Below the pieces are notes generated by a model. The model saw only the letters and a list, made by a program, of their open reading frames with translations, ran no database searches and was not told the DNA's origin. This document shows positions 1 through 8,625 of a DNA stretch of 40,500 nucleotides, piece after piece. A program made the translations under genes and the position numbers. The first letter of the stretch is position 1. Each line of letters begins with the position of its first letter. Origin of the DNA: Chloroflexota bacterium (GTDB lineage Bacteria > Chloroflexota > UBA11872); NCBI GenBank assembly GCA_009839425.1, contig VXPS01000262.1:1-40500 (forward strand). The letters are read 5' to 3'.

Positions 1-149
1 AAAGCATGCCTAACTTGTTCCGCAACGCAACCCGAACCCGGAGTGAGATCCATGTTTGCGACATCCCACACCCCATCGCAGTCCGAAGTCGAGCAGGCAG
101 TGGCCCGTGCCCACCACCTGCGGAGCCAGGCATTCGCGGATGCATTTGC

Positions 150-490
150 CTGGCTTGGCAGTTCTGTCACCGCCGCCTTGGCAAAGCTGCGCCCGGCGCC
201 CGCCCGACGGTGCCGGGCAGCCTGAACTGCGGTCGCGCGGCTCTCGTTGTTCCTCGTCGTGCAGGGACGATCCCGGCGGCTTTCCGTACAAACGGGCACG
301 GCAGCTTGAGGGCGCAAACTACGACGATTTATCTGGTGGTTAACACGCGTGTGAAACGTCCGGTAAAGAGTCGTGATGAGCTCAAGATTGATGTCGCATG
401 TTGGGTCGTTACAAGGGGTGCAGGGCTCTTGTTTGTCTCACGTAACGTGTCGGATTTATCGCTACGGAATTGATAAGTTGTCTTGGCGGC
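150..490 (+). repeat. Repeat junction copy 1: beta-type element end (about 150-345, terminal GGTGGTTAACA), short spacer (ACGCG), alpha-type element end (350-490, starts TGTGAAACGTCCGGTAAAGAGTCG)
   Basis: Aligns by eye with copies at 3097-3520, 6301-6565, 5487-5650 (alpha only) and 40220-40448 (beta only). Shared blocks: GCGACAATTTATGTGGTGTTCAACA, ATAAAGAGTCG, GATTGATGTCGCAT, TGTCGGATTT. Confidence 0.7.
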
Positions 491-543
491 ACAGGACGGA
501 GCGTCGAAACAACGGTTAGTCGGCATTGTGCACTTCGCCTAGT

Positions 544-1422
544 CTATGTACTCAAGGACGTGCAGTCCGCCTTAAGGCCGGTGACCAAGCGTTCGACCAG
601 ATCGAGTGTGTCCCGGACCATTGGTGCTCGAACAACGATCCTCTGGCCAAGACGGTAGCGGGTGTCGCCGCTCCGGCTGAGATAGTCCTGGTCAACGATG
701 CCTTGCGTGTGAGCAAGGAGATGGCGTTGCTGGAAGGTTCGGGTCAGTCGGTTCAGCTCGTCTTCCGAGAGATGGTCTCTGTAGCTCTTTCCCGTCGCTG
801 CCCGCCAAAGCTGGTTGCCCTCAGCGAGGTTCTCAAACGCGTTCCGTCTAGCAGTCGGGGCCGAGGGAATGTTGGAGTACATGGCTTCGACGCACCGTTG
901 GAAAGCCGTAACAGCGTTTTTGAGGCCATTCTCGACGATAAAACGGGTCACACTTTCCGCCGTGTCGCGATCTTGAATAGCGGTGCGCACTGAGCCCAAC
1001 GACTCTAGAGACTGCGTGATGCCGGCGACCGTTCGGGCAAAGATCTCTTCAGCCGCGTTGTGACCACAGGAAGGGCAAAAGAAGGCGGGCCCAATAACCG
1101 CATATCGACATTCACAGACAGGACAGACGACCTTTAGTCGCATGGGTTCGGCCACCGCCGGCGGCACGGCGACATGTTGGGGCCGGCTGCCCACTTTCAT
1201 GGTCATGGAAATCAAGCCGCCGCGTGGTTGTCGACGGTTCCAGCGGTCAGCGTCACGCTTGAGAGCGTTGCCCAGGGTCGCCCGCAAATGAGCAACTGCC
1301 GCTTGCGTCAGGTGCTCGATTTGCTCTTCAGTGTGCCATTCAGTGGCAGCCGCCGAATGTCCGCAGAACGGGCAGAACACTTCTTCATCGCGGACCTTGG
1401 CCTTCCAATCCGCCATGAGCAC
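544..1422 (-). CDS. Zinc-ribbon protein with C-terminal HEPN-like (Rx4H) region; 5' end probably frameshifted
   Basis: 292-aa ORF. Cys pairs FCPFCGH and VCPVCEC...FFCPSCGH. C-terminal helical part contains QQRHLLAH (R-x4-H). In-frame sequence upstream of the listed Met reads DRECPSAECQFQFKVL with no start codon, whereas an ATG at 1553 opens another frame. Confidence 0.6.
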   Translation of the reverse strand: MLMADWKAKVRDEEVFCPFCGHSAAATEWHTEEQIEHLTQAAVAHLRATLGNALKRDADRWNRRQPRGGLISMTMKVGSRPQHVAVPPAVAEPMRLKVVCPVCECRYAVIGPAFFCPSCGHNAAEEIFARTVAGITQSLESLGSVRTAIQDRDTAESVTRFIVENGLKNAVTAFQRCVEAMYSNIPSAPTARRNAFENLAEGNQLWRAATGKSYRDHLSEDELNRLTRTFQQRHLLAHTQGIVDQDYLSRSGDTRYRLGQRIVVRAPMVRDTLDLVERLVTGLKADCTSLST

Positions 1423-1661
1423 CTTGAATTGGAATTGGCATTCCGCTGACGGGCACTCGCGATCGAGGTAGCCATCTTCGTCTGAGGAGATGGCCGCCCG
1501 GACGCCGGTAGTTCGCCAAGCTGCTGCATCGCTCGTTTCGTTTCTTCAAACACGGCCTTGCCTCTTCTCCTGAGCGGGAACTGCGTCCAGGTGTATCCCG
1601 GGTCTACCGGTCCGTGCGAACGTGTTCCAGATGGGTGTCAGCAACACTGCCTCAAGCGAGG

Positions 1662-2357
1662 TCAGAACTGGCCTCCTTCGCCGAATTCGCGCTTCTCATA
1701 GACCGTTTCAACCTTTCGTCCGTTCCATACGTAGCAGAGGTGACGCTCCTGGCGGGCATTGGAGAGAAGAGGAGGTCGGAACACCGCAGCACATTCGCCG
1801 TCTGTCTGGCGGACGCTGTCGTAGGCAATCCCGTTTGAGCCGGCCTCACGCAGCGTTCTCGCCAAATGCTGGCCGGCCGCGTAGCTGTCGTTGTGGTAGA
1901 CGAGCGGCTGGGTGACCTGCATGCCGCGCAGGTCATGTAAATCCCCGTCGAGGTCGGCGAGATAAACTCGCATGTCCAGTTCCATACGCCCCTGCGCGGT
2001 GGCGCTCATGAACTGCTCGCGATGGTACTTCGTCTCAGCTATAGCCGTGTCGAGGTCGTTGGCAGCGTAGAACACACCGTAGGTGCCGTCCGAGAACCGG
2101 CTGCCGATCGGGTTCAGATGGGTGAAAGCGGCCATGATGACGGCGGTCCCGGGCCCACTGATGCGATCCTCGGGCGGCACGAGCTTGAGATCACCGACCT
2201 CATCGCGAATCCGGGGGTTGGTGAGGGCATCCAGCTCGAACACCGCTTCAAGGTCGTCCGGTTCAGTCACCCGCTCGAAGAGTTGAATGGGCGGAAACCG
2301 GCTGGGGATGATTCGCCAGCACGGCTTCCATTCGATGCGGGCAACCGGCAACGTCAT
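1662..2357 (-). CDS. RES-domain toxin (RES-Xre type II TA, NAD+-targeting family)
   Basis: 231 aa. Ordered RES signature: GSRFSDG (Arg), AIAETKYH (Glu), YDSVR (Ser). Start overlaps the stop of the upstream antitoxin ORF by 4 nt. Confidence 0.88.
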   Translation of the reverse strand: MTLPVARIEWKPCWRIIPSRFPPIQLFERVTEPDDLEAVFELDALTNPRIRDEVGDLKLVPPEDRISGPGTAVIMAAFTHLNPIGSRFSDGTYGVFYAANDLDTAIAETKYHREQFMSATAQGRMELDMRVYLADLDGDLHDLRGMQVTQPLVYHNDSYAAGQHLARTLREAGSNGIAYDSVRQTDGECAAVFRPPLLSNARQERHLCYVWNGRKVETVYEKREFGEGGQF

Positions 2358-2758
2358 GCCCAGCCGTCCCGCTGCGCATCCAGGTATTGCCGTACGACGA
2401 AGAGGTCCGCCACCTGGCCGGACAACATGCGGTCAAGCGCTGAGCGACCACTGAATAGCGGCGCTGCGTTCGGACGCCTCACCCATTGGTCGGCCGCCTT
2501 CTCGTCGGGGAGCAGGAGCTGGAGCGCCTTGTAGACGCCCAGGACGTAGGAAATGCGCTCCAGCGTGTCCTTTGGCAGAACGGTGTTCGGGTCCTTCTTC
2601 CACTTGAAGAAGGTTGATCGGGCCGTTAGCCCGAGCAGGGTCATCTGTTCTTGAACCGAGAGGTCCCAAAGCGCCGCAATGCGAAAGAACGTGCGTAAAG
2701 CGGGGCCGGAGAGTTCCTTGCGGTCGGTCGCCGTTGCAAGCCGCACCTGAGCAGCCAT
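2354..2758 (-). CDS. Xre/MbcA/ParS-type antitoxin (DUF2384-like) partner of the RES toxin
   Basis: 134 aa. HTH-like LSVQEQMTLLGLTARSTFFKWKK and C-terminal PLFSGRSALDRMLSG pattern typical of RES partners. Operon position immediately 5' of the RES gene. Confidence 0.82.
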   Translation of the reverse strand: MAAQVRLATATDRKELSGPALRTFFRIAALWDLSVQEQMTLLGLTARSTFFKWKKDPNTVLPKDTLERISYVLGVYKALQLLLPDEKAADQWVRRPNAAPLFSGRSALDRMLSGQVADLFVVRQYLDAQRDGWA

Positions 2759-2850
2759 GACAGACTCCAGAAATAATCATATTCGTTATCATAGTCTATA
2801 TATGGATTACATGTAAGATCGAAACTAGCCATCTGACGAGGAGCCCGTGG
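2759..2850 (-). promoter_or_regulatory. AT-rich putative promoter/operator region of the Xre-RES operon
   Basis: Sharp drop in GC (aaataatcatattcgttatcatagtctatatatggattacatgtaagatcg) directly upstream of the antitoxin start. No -35/-10 assignment attempted. Confidence 0.3.
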
Positions 2851-3096
2851 CAGGTCAAAGAGGGACGTTGCTACGCGTCACCGCCTTCTGGAGGGAAGTC
2901 CACCGGATACGGCCTCGCGCAGCCCGGCGGGTTCAGGGGTATGCCGAACTTCGGCTTCGGGCTGTCGGACGCGGCGCGTGTCGGGACCTGCGGGCCCGTC
3001 GATGATGGTGAGTGAGGCACCCGCCGACGAGGCGCGAGGCGTTTTTCTCCTGTGGAAGCAGGGGCCGCGTCTTGCGCGGACACACGTAGCCGCAGG

Positions 3097-3520
3097 GCGC
3101 CTCGCCTGCCCTCTACCCGCCACCGGCCTGTGCATCCCCGGCATGCAAATGCAACGCCGGTTCGTCGCGCGCCTCACTGATCGCACGTTGGCAAGCTGCT
3201 AGCACGATTCCCGGCATCTGGCGGCGCTTATGGCTGAACCTGTCTGTTTGACTTGCGGGCCCTCACCGCCACAAGCGGACAAGGACCCATAAAGCGACAA
3301 ACGGCGACAATTTATGTGGTGTTCAACTTATGTGGTGTTCAACACGTTTGTGAAACATCGGATAAAGAGTCGAGGCACGCTCACGATTGATGTCGCATTT
3401 TGGGTAGTTCCAGCGTGCGTAGGACCAGTCTCGTCTACCGTAATCTGTCGGATTTCTCGCTGTACCACCAATTAGCTGTGACGTTTACGACTGCCTCCTC
3501 TGTCAGCGGGAGGTCAGCAT
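3097..3520 (+). repeat. Repeat junction copy 2: beta end (3097-3344), spacer CGTT, alpha end (3349-3520); carries a 16-bp tandem duplication of the beta terminus
   Basis: TTATGTGGTGTTCAAC occurs twice in tandem (3312-3327, 3328-3343). The beta end has GGACAA/GCGACAA motifs x3. The alpha end starts TGTGAAACATCGGATAAAGAGTCGAGG. Confidence 0.75.
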
Positions 3521-3790
3521 GGCCACCCGAGCCAGGAGGACTCCCCCGGACTCGAACATGGCCGACAGCTGGTTCCGCCTCGACGGCTCGCTGCCGGCGA
3601 TCGACGCCGCCGGGATCCTCGCGCGAGGCAGCCCGATGGCGAAGACCGGTCAGGCGGTAGCCGGCCCGCGGACGGCAGGGGTTTCCACGTTCGGCGCAGG
3701 CGCTGCCGCTCCGGCTCCCGGACACGGAGCCGGCCCAACCGGATCATCCCGAACGCACCTGACCGGTGAGTCCCTGGCGGCCCGCAATTC

Positions 3791-4993
3791 TCACCACTCT
3801 TTGGATTGTTCCGCGTAGACATGGTCGGGCAATCTGTAGCTGATCCCCTCCTTGTCGTACATCGACGCATCAAGGATGGTCATCATGTTGGAGGTAGCGG
3901 CGGCGCGGCTCGGGTTCAACCTGTTCCGAATCGCCTCGATCCGGTTCAGCAGCCGGAACTTCCACAGGATCCCCAGGGTCGGGCTCGCTGGATACATGAG
4001 CTCATCGGCCAACGCATTGCCGATCAGCGCGCGCGAGATCTGCGCGATGTAGCCAGCCAGTTTCTGGCGTGCGTCCCGTTCGGTCAGTCCAGCGAACAGC
4101 GGCGCGGAATTGATAAGGGACAACGCGAGGGCGATCGATTCCATCGAAGGCGAGGGTTCGCAGATGCGGCCGGTGTCGAAGATCCGCAGCGCGTCCGCTT
4201 CGTCCCGGAACAGGATGGTTTCCGGGATGCCCATCAGATAGCCGGAGTACCGCCAGACCGCCATGAAGCTCTTGCGTTCCTCGTCGCTGAAGGATCCGCC
4301 GAGTCTTGTCAGGTGCCTCAACGACCTAGCGGAAAAGGCCGCGATGGCGAAGCCGGTATGCGCCGCGCTGATGGGCGTGCCGAGTTCCCCGATGTCCCAT
4401 TCATCGGACTCGCTCAGAAGGCGCCGGATCTTGGCGTGTACCAGCCGCACCCGCACGGAGTGCGTCCACCCGTCGGCGTGCCTCTCCATGCCGCCAGGCA
4501 TGAAGATCTCCAGCATGTGGCGGTTGTTCTGCTTGAGGCGCCGCGTGCCCTGGTCGCGCAGCCTGCCGGTGATGAAGAACGACTTGGCGATGTTCGTGGA
4601 GAACCCCTCCACGAGCACGCCGCCCACCATGCCCGCGAGGATCAGCCGGGTATTCCGGTGGAACATGCGGCAGCCCGGCTGGAACGATGTCAGGTCAAGC
4701 CATTCCGGTGGCTCGCCACAGTGCTCGAAGAACGCCCTGACGGAGGCCGGTGCGCCGCGAAGCGCGGTGCGGTCCCGATCGTGCATGCCGAGCCTGATCA
4801 GCCTGGCTTGCTCATCCGGCCCGAGGCGGAGGAGATCCGCGATCATCGCGTCAGCCAGGGGGTCCCCGATCGTGGTGTGCGCGACATAGTTGGCGGACCG
4901 CTCGGGGTCCACCGCCCGGCCTCTGGCGTAGCCGTCGATATAGGCGCCCGGAATCTCCGCAGGTCCCGGAGTGAGATGTGTGCCGATGGTCAC
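3791..4993 (-). CDS. MpaB-family oxygenase (DUF2236-like)
   Basis: 400 aa. Central VRVRLVHAKIRRLL block and overall helical composition resemble the DUF2236/MpaB family. The opposite-strand 431-aa ORF looks like a high-GC shadow. Confidence 0.75.
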   Translation of the reverse strand: MTIGTHLTPGPAEIPGAYIDGYARGRAVDPERSANYVAHTTIGDPLADAMIADLLRLGPDEQARLIRLGMHDRDRTALRGAPASVRAFFEHCGEPPEWLDLTSFQPGCRMFHRNTRLILAGMVGGVLVEGFSTNIAKSFFITGRLRDQGTRRLKQNNRHMLEIFMPGGMERHADGWTHSVRVRLVHAKIRRLLSESDEWDIGELGTPISAAHTGFAIAAFSARSLRHLTRLGGSFSDEERKSFMAVWRYSGYLMGIPETILFRDEADALRIFDTGRICEPSPSMESIALALSLINSAPLFAGLTERDARQKLAGYIAQISRALIGNALADELMYPASPTLGILWKFRLLNRIEAIRNRLNPSRAAATSNMMTILDASMYDKEGISYRLPDHVYAEQSKEW

Positions 4994-5149
4994 GGCGTCT
5001 CGTGCTCGGCCTGGATGGGTCCCTCAGCCAGGGAGATGGCAGCCCGCGTGCTGCGCCAGATCGCCAAGCTCCATGACGGCCCCCGTCTACCCAGTGACTA
5101 ACCGACACGCGCCGGTCCGGGCCGACTCCCGGTGCGCTCCGGGCGTCTC

Positions 5150-5265
5150 GCCGACCCGTGCGTGCCCAGCGTGATGTTAACCCGCTTCGCCCGCCAAAGT
5201 CCCGGTTACTGCCGTCAAATGGCGCAACATTTATTATTCGGATATTGTGGGATCGGTGATGAACA
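5150..5265 (+). repeat. Possible degenerate beta-type end (GGCGCAACATTTAT...TGTGGGATCGGTGATGAACA)
   Basis: Weak by-eye similarity to GCGACAATTTATGTGGTGTTCAACA and to the inner beta sequence. Would close the unit that starts at 3349. Confidence 0.3.
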
Positions 5266-5486
5266 CGAAACGGTTACCTCGAGCGGCGTACAAGGGCCGC
5301 GCGGCCGAGCCCGCAGGGTCCGCGGCCATCGGTACCGGCTGGCGGTGCGATGAGGCTTGGCGAGGCCGCGACCGGCCCGTCCGTTGCCCGACGCCTGGTT
5401 CCGGGTGTTCGGCGGGACGGCGTCTGACATAGGACCACCCGGAGGGACGCCGAAGCCTTCCCGGAAGGCGGCGGCAGCGGGCGGTG

Positions 5487-5650
5487 TGTGACATCCGATA
5501 AGAGTCGAGGCACGCTCAAGATTGATGCCGCATCCTGGGTCGCTCCTGCGCGCGCAGGACCAATCTCGTCTACTACAACGTGTCGGATTTCCCACCGTAA
5601 GGCCAATGGGCCGTGACGTTTTCGACTGCCTTCTCTGTCAGGAGGAGGAT
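5487..5650 (+). repeat. Alpha-type element end only (copy 3), starts TGTGACATCCGATAAGAGTCGAGG
   Basis: Homology to copy 2 runs from the TGTG terminus through GATTGATGCCGCAT, TGTCGGATTT and GTGACGTTTTCGACTGCCTTCTCTGTCAGG. Sequence to the left is unrelated to beta ends. Confidence 0.7.
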
Positions 5651-5733
5651 ACTCGGCCACTTCGTTGCTCATGAGCACCGCCCTTCTCGCAAGTTGGTAG
5701 GCCCGACTGTTGCCTAAGGCGGGGTCGTGCAAG

Positions 5734-6300
5734 TTACTGCCTTCTGGCGCCGAAGGCGGCCGTGAGATCGACGCGCTCAACCGATCCGCCCACGCCTTCG
5801 TGGTTCGGGCCGTAGAACTGCCCGTTGACGGTCCCGGTGTCGCCCCCAGTGCTCCGCAGGTAGTTCGTGCCGACGGTGATGGCGTAGCCGAGATCCCTGT
5901 CTCCCCACGTGGAGCCGTCCTCGTTCTCGAGCCCGGTGAAATCGGCCCGCCCGTTCATCGTGCCGAGGTTCACGCTGATCTCCGCATCGCCCTGCACGCC
6001 GTCGAGCGTCGGCGGGAAGCCGATCAGATCCCCGTTCCAAGTCGCGGTTCCCGGCAGTCGTGAGTTGTCGGCAAGGGCTTGGGCGGGTTCCACGCCCGTC
6101 GTCCACGGCATGGTGACCCCGTTGGCGTGCCGCACGCCGAATGAGACCTGCGACAGGCTCCGCGTGAGATCGGTCGTCTCCCCCTCCCACGCGCCGAGGC
6201 TCGTGATGGACAGGCGTTCAGGTTCGGTATCCGTTCCAAGGCGCATGTAGAGCGCGAGGATCCCGGCGGCGTCCGCCGAGTACCTGTCCGGCGGGTTCAC
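5734..6300 (-). CDS. TbpB-like (transferrin-binding-protein-like) beta-barrel domain protein, probably 5'-truncated
   Basis: 188 aa ending GQFYGPNHEGVGGSVERVDLTAAFGARRQ, the typical C-terminal strand pattern of the TbpB_B_D/handle-barrel family. No signal or lipobox sequence. The GTG start abuts the point (6301) where beta-end homology begins. Confidence 0.55.
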   Translation of the reverse strand: MNPPDRYSADAAGILALYMRLGTDTEPERLSITSLGAWEGETTDLTRSLSQVSFGVRHANGVTMPWTTGVEPAQALADNSRLPGTATWNGDLIGFPPTLDGVQGDAEISVNLGTMNGRADFTGLENEDGSTWGDRDLGYAITVGTNYLRSTGGDTGTVNGQFYGPNHEGVGGSVERVDLTAAFGARRQ

Positions 6301-6565
6301 GAGTCCTAATGCCTCGTCGTGCCGGTGACGGAACCCGCCTAGCTAGCTTTCGGAACCTCACCAGGACAATCGGACAAACACCCATAGAGGGACAAACGGC
6401 GACAACTTATGTGGTGTTTGACAACGTTTGTTAAACACCAAATAAAGAGTCGGGGCGCGCTCGCAATTGTTGTCGCATTCGGTCCACTATTGAGGGCATG
6501 AGGCTTTCAATTGGCTCCCGTAACTTGTCGGATTTCTCTCCGGATGGTCGATAAGTTGTCATAGG
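6301..6565 (+). repeat. Repeat junction copy 4: inner-truncated beta end (6301-6423, terminal GGTGTTTGACA), spacer ACGTT (6424-6428), alpha end (6429-6565, starts TGTTAAACACCAAATAAAGAGTCG)
   Basis: The 27-nt imperfect palindrome GGTGTTTGACA-ACGTT-TGTTAAACACC is formed by two facing termini. Flanks align with the other copies. Confidence 0.75.
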
Positions 6566-6652
6566 TTTCGCGGCAATTCACGTCTTGGTGCAAAAAAACG
6601 CCGTGAACAGGTTTTGAGACCATCTAGCAACCCAACATGGGGACATGAGGAC

Positions 6653-8068
6653 ATGGAAAGCGGTAGGAAGCCGCCGGAGCGGTTGTACAAGTATCGTGCC
6701 TTGACTGCTCGCACGCTGGACATGGTCGTAGGAGACAGACTTCATTTTGCTGACCCGCGTACGTTCAACGACCCCCTGGATACCCGCCCCTCGCTTCAGA
6801 GCGATGTCAATGGCGTTGAACTCGCGAGAATCCTGTGGATGCTGATTGAACAACGCACCGTCGCCGAAATGCGGACGGCGGCTGCCGCAATGAAACTCAA
6901 GGATCCCGAAACGGCGAATTGGATCGAAACGCGTAGTGGCGAGGAGGCGGATCAGAGCGTAGCTGACATAGTTGATACGGCATTCGGTGGCAGAGACGTG
7001 GATTACGAATCCGAAGTCGAGCCAAAGGGACGCCTCACCTACCGCATCGAGTTGGAACTTCTTCGGAGATACAAGAAGGGGATCGTCTCTTTGGGCGAGC
7101 GGGACGACTGTCCGTTGATGTGGAGCCACTACGGCGATCAGCATCGGGGCATATGCCTGGGCTTTTCGGTGCCGCAGCGGGCATCTCAGGATGTTCAAAA
7201 GGTCGAGTACGATGGAGGGAGGCTGGTCAGGGCAAGCGATATAGCTGCCATGCTCTACGGAGACGATGAAGCCGGAGCCAGAGTCGACAAATCTGTGCTG
7301 TTGAGGAAAGCCAAGAATTGGTCCTATGAACGGGAGTGGCGTCTAATTGGGCGCCAGGGGACACACGGGTCGCCACTGGAACTGGAAGAGATAATCTTTG
7401 GTACAGAGTGTAGGCCGTCAACAAAATACACAGTGGTGAAAGTGCTCAAAGAGAGGACCAAATCGGTGAGATTCTACGAGATGCGCGAGCAACATGGCAC
7501 TTTCGGTCTAGAGAAGTGCGAGTTGAGTGGTAACGAGGAACTCTTTGCTCGTTTGCCCCGGCGGCATCTTTCGACGCTGGAAGCATTCAAACCACTGGCT
7601 ACTCCACCGGCCACTCTTGGAGAAAAGCCGTCCGGCCCTGCAGGCGGTCGGTCCAAGACAACCGAAGAGGACGACCCGGAGGTGTCGCGCACAGTCGAAG
7701 TTTCCGAGTGGACTTTCGGTCGTTTCCAACAGTCAAAAAAGAGCAGCAAGGAATCAGACGATGCCGCGTTGCGGCGGCTGATCGTATCGATGCGCCCTTG
7801 GGTGAGTCATGGCGTGTCGCTGCCCCACGGGACACTGCTGGTGATGCACAACCACGGACAGAGGCACTACGGAGTCATCCTGGGGGGTTCATGGATAGTC
7901 GGTGGCAAGAGATTTCAGTCCCCCAGCGCAGCCTCACGCGAGGTAGGTCGGACCCTTGACGGACGGAAGACCGAATGGAACGGCTGGCGTGAATGGAGCG
8001 TGAAGCGGCCTGGAGATAAGGAGTGGATGTCGCTATCGCTGTTGCGCCTCCAGAGCAAACGGGTGTGA
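6653..8068 (+). CDS. DUF2971-like N-terminal domain protein with DUF4357-like C-terminus
   Basis: ORF 6614-8068, with the first ATG at 6653. N-terminal LYKYR...LHFADPRTFNDPLD...LMWSHYGDQHRGICLGF fits the DUF2971 pattern. C-terminal FQSPSAASREVGRTLDGRKTEWNGW fits the DUF4357 pattern. Lower GC than the surroundings. Confidence 0.7.
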   Translation: MESGRKPPERLYKYRALTARTLDMVVGDRLHFADPRTFNDPLDTRPSLQSDVNGVELARILWMLIEQRTVAEMRTAAAAMKLKDPETANWIETRSGEEADQSVADIVDTAFGGRDVDYESEVEPKGRLTYRIELELLRRYKKGIVSLGERDDCPLMWSHYGDQHRGICLGFSVPQRASQDVQKVEYDGGRLVRASDIAAMLYGDDEAGARVDKSVLLRKAKNWSYEREWRLIGRQGTHGSPLELEEIIFGTECRPSTKYTVVKVLKERTKSVRFYEMREQHGTFGLEKCELSGNEELFARLPRRHLSTLEAFKPLATPPATLGEKPSGPAGGRSKTTEEDDPEVSRTVEVSEWTFGRFQQSKKSSKESDDAALRRLIVSMRPWVSHGVSLPHGTLLVMHNHGQRHYGVILGGSWIVGGKRFQSPSAASREVGRTLDGRKTEWNGWREWSVKRPGDKEWMSLSLLRLQSKRV

Positions 8069-8070
8069 GC

Positions 8071-8625
8071 ATGTGGCTTCATTTGCCCGCTAGGGGTCAA
8101 TCAGACCGAGACAGCGAATGGTCAGCGGCTAGCCGGCGTGGTCCGACCCTTGGCCCATCGGAAACCGGCGGTTTGGACATTCTACGAACGTTGGCATTTG
8201 CTGCATTTTGGGTCACAGCTCTGACAGTAGAAGCGGACGCGGAGCTAATCCGGGAAGAAAGGGGCCCCGGTCACGTGACAGCCGTTTGCCATTTTCTCAG
8301 TGATGGCCAGATGCGAAATGACTTTTTCGAGTTCTTTACCAAAACAGGAGAAGTGTGGTTTGGAGACATCTATTCGGGTTCCCGTAAAGCGGGCCGCATA
8401 ATCTTCGTCAGTGAACGGCTGCTCGCTGCAGAAGTAGCTATCGTTGGCGCCCTGACGGTTCATTACTTCGCGAGTGTCCTGATCGACCTTGAGAACCACA
8501 AGTACCTGAAATCTGAAATTCGGCAACACGAGTGTAAGACGTTCGTTAACTGCGATTATGCGGCGACTGCCTTTGAAGGAAAATGTCACCAGATTATCGG
8601 AGCGGATGGCCTGAAAGAGAAATGA
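8071..8625 (+). CDS. Hypothetical protein with a hydrophobic segment and four Cys
   Basis: The ATG lies 2 nt after the upstream stop. Hydrophobic LDILRTLAFAAFWVTALTVEA segment (alternative TTG start at 8173). The stop overlaps the next ATG (ATGA). Confidence 0.4.
   Translation: MWLHLPARGQSDRDSEWSAASRRGPTLGPSETGGLDILRTLAFAAFWVTALTVEADAELIREERGPGHVTAVCHFLSDGQMRNDFFEFFTKTGEVWFGDIYSGSRKAGRIIFVSERLLAAEVAIVGALTVHYFASVLIDLENHKYLKSEIRQHECKTFVNCDYAATAFEGKCHQIIGADGLKEK

Noticed and set aside
43-225. Small ORFs inside the beta-type repeat: 43-225, 2978-3202, and the tail of 39960-40334. The peptide ...RRFVA(R/P)L(T/P)D(R/Q)TLA(S/N)C is shared between copies 2 and 5.
   Set aside because: Nucleotide differences between copies 2 and 5 are spread over all codon positions rather than concentrated at third positions, and copy 1 encodes an unrelated peptide. 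Conservation is better explained at the DNA level, as element-end sequence.
2871-3186. ORFs 2871-3083 (-) and 2878-3186 (-) between the Xre promoter and the beta end.
   Set aside because: They are Pro/Arg/Ala-rich shadow-type ORFs that partly overlap the repeat. There is no start context and no motifs.
3328-3360. The central imperfect palindrome of the repeat as an integron attC site or a Xer/dif-like site.
   Set aside because: There is no intI-like gene or attI, and cargo orientation is mixed. The unit is much longer than an attC site, and only one copy contains a GTTRRRY-like string. The arms do not resemble dif half-sites. The TGT/ACA termini with a 4-5 nt spacer fit abutting transposon ends better.
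3806-5101. Long ORFs antisense to or overlapping the called genes. Examples: 3806-5101 (+), 12271-13608 (-), 13848-14675 (-), 20606-21379 (-), 21407-22267 (-), 24532-26211 (-), 26835-28385 (-), 28070-29089 (-), 33603-35261 (-), 38352-39308 (-), 38749-39735 (-), 39372-40187 (-).
   Set aside because: In DNA of about 65% GC, stop codons are rare in all frames. These ORFs are Arg/Pro/Ala/Gly-rich with no motifs, whereas the opposite-strand or alternative-frame ORFs carry clear family signatures.
5382-5390. The 9-mer CGTTGCCCG, identical to the sequence spanning the ACGTT pentamer and tRNA-side flank (40450-40458). This could hint that 5266-5486 is a relic of the attachment site.
   Set aside because: A 9-mer of this composition is expected to occur by chance roughly once in this much GC-rich sequence on two strands. 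The flanking bases do not match.
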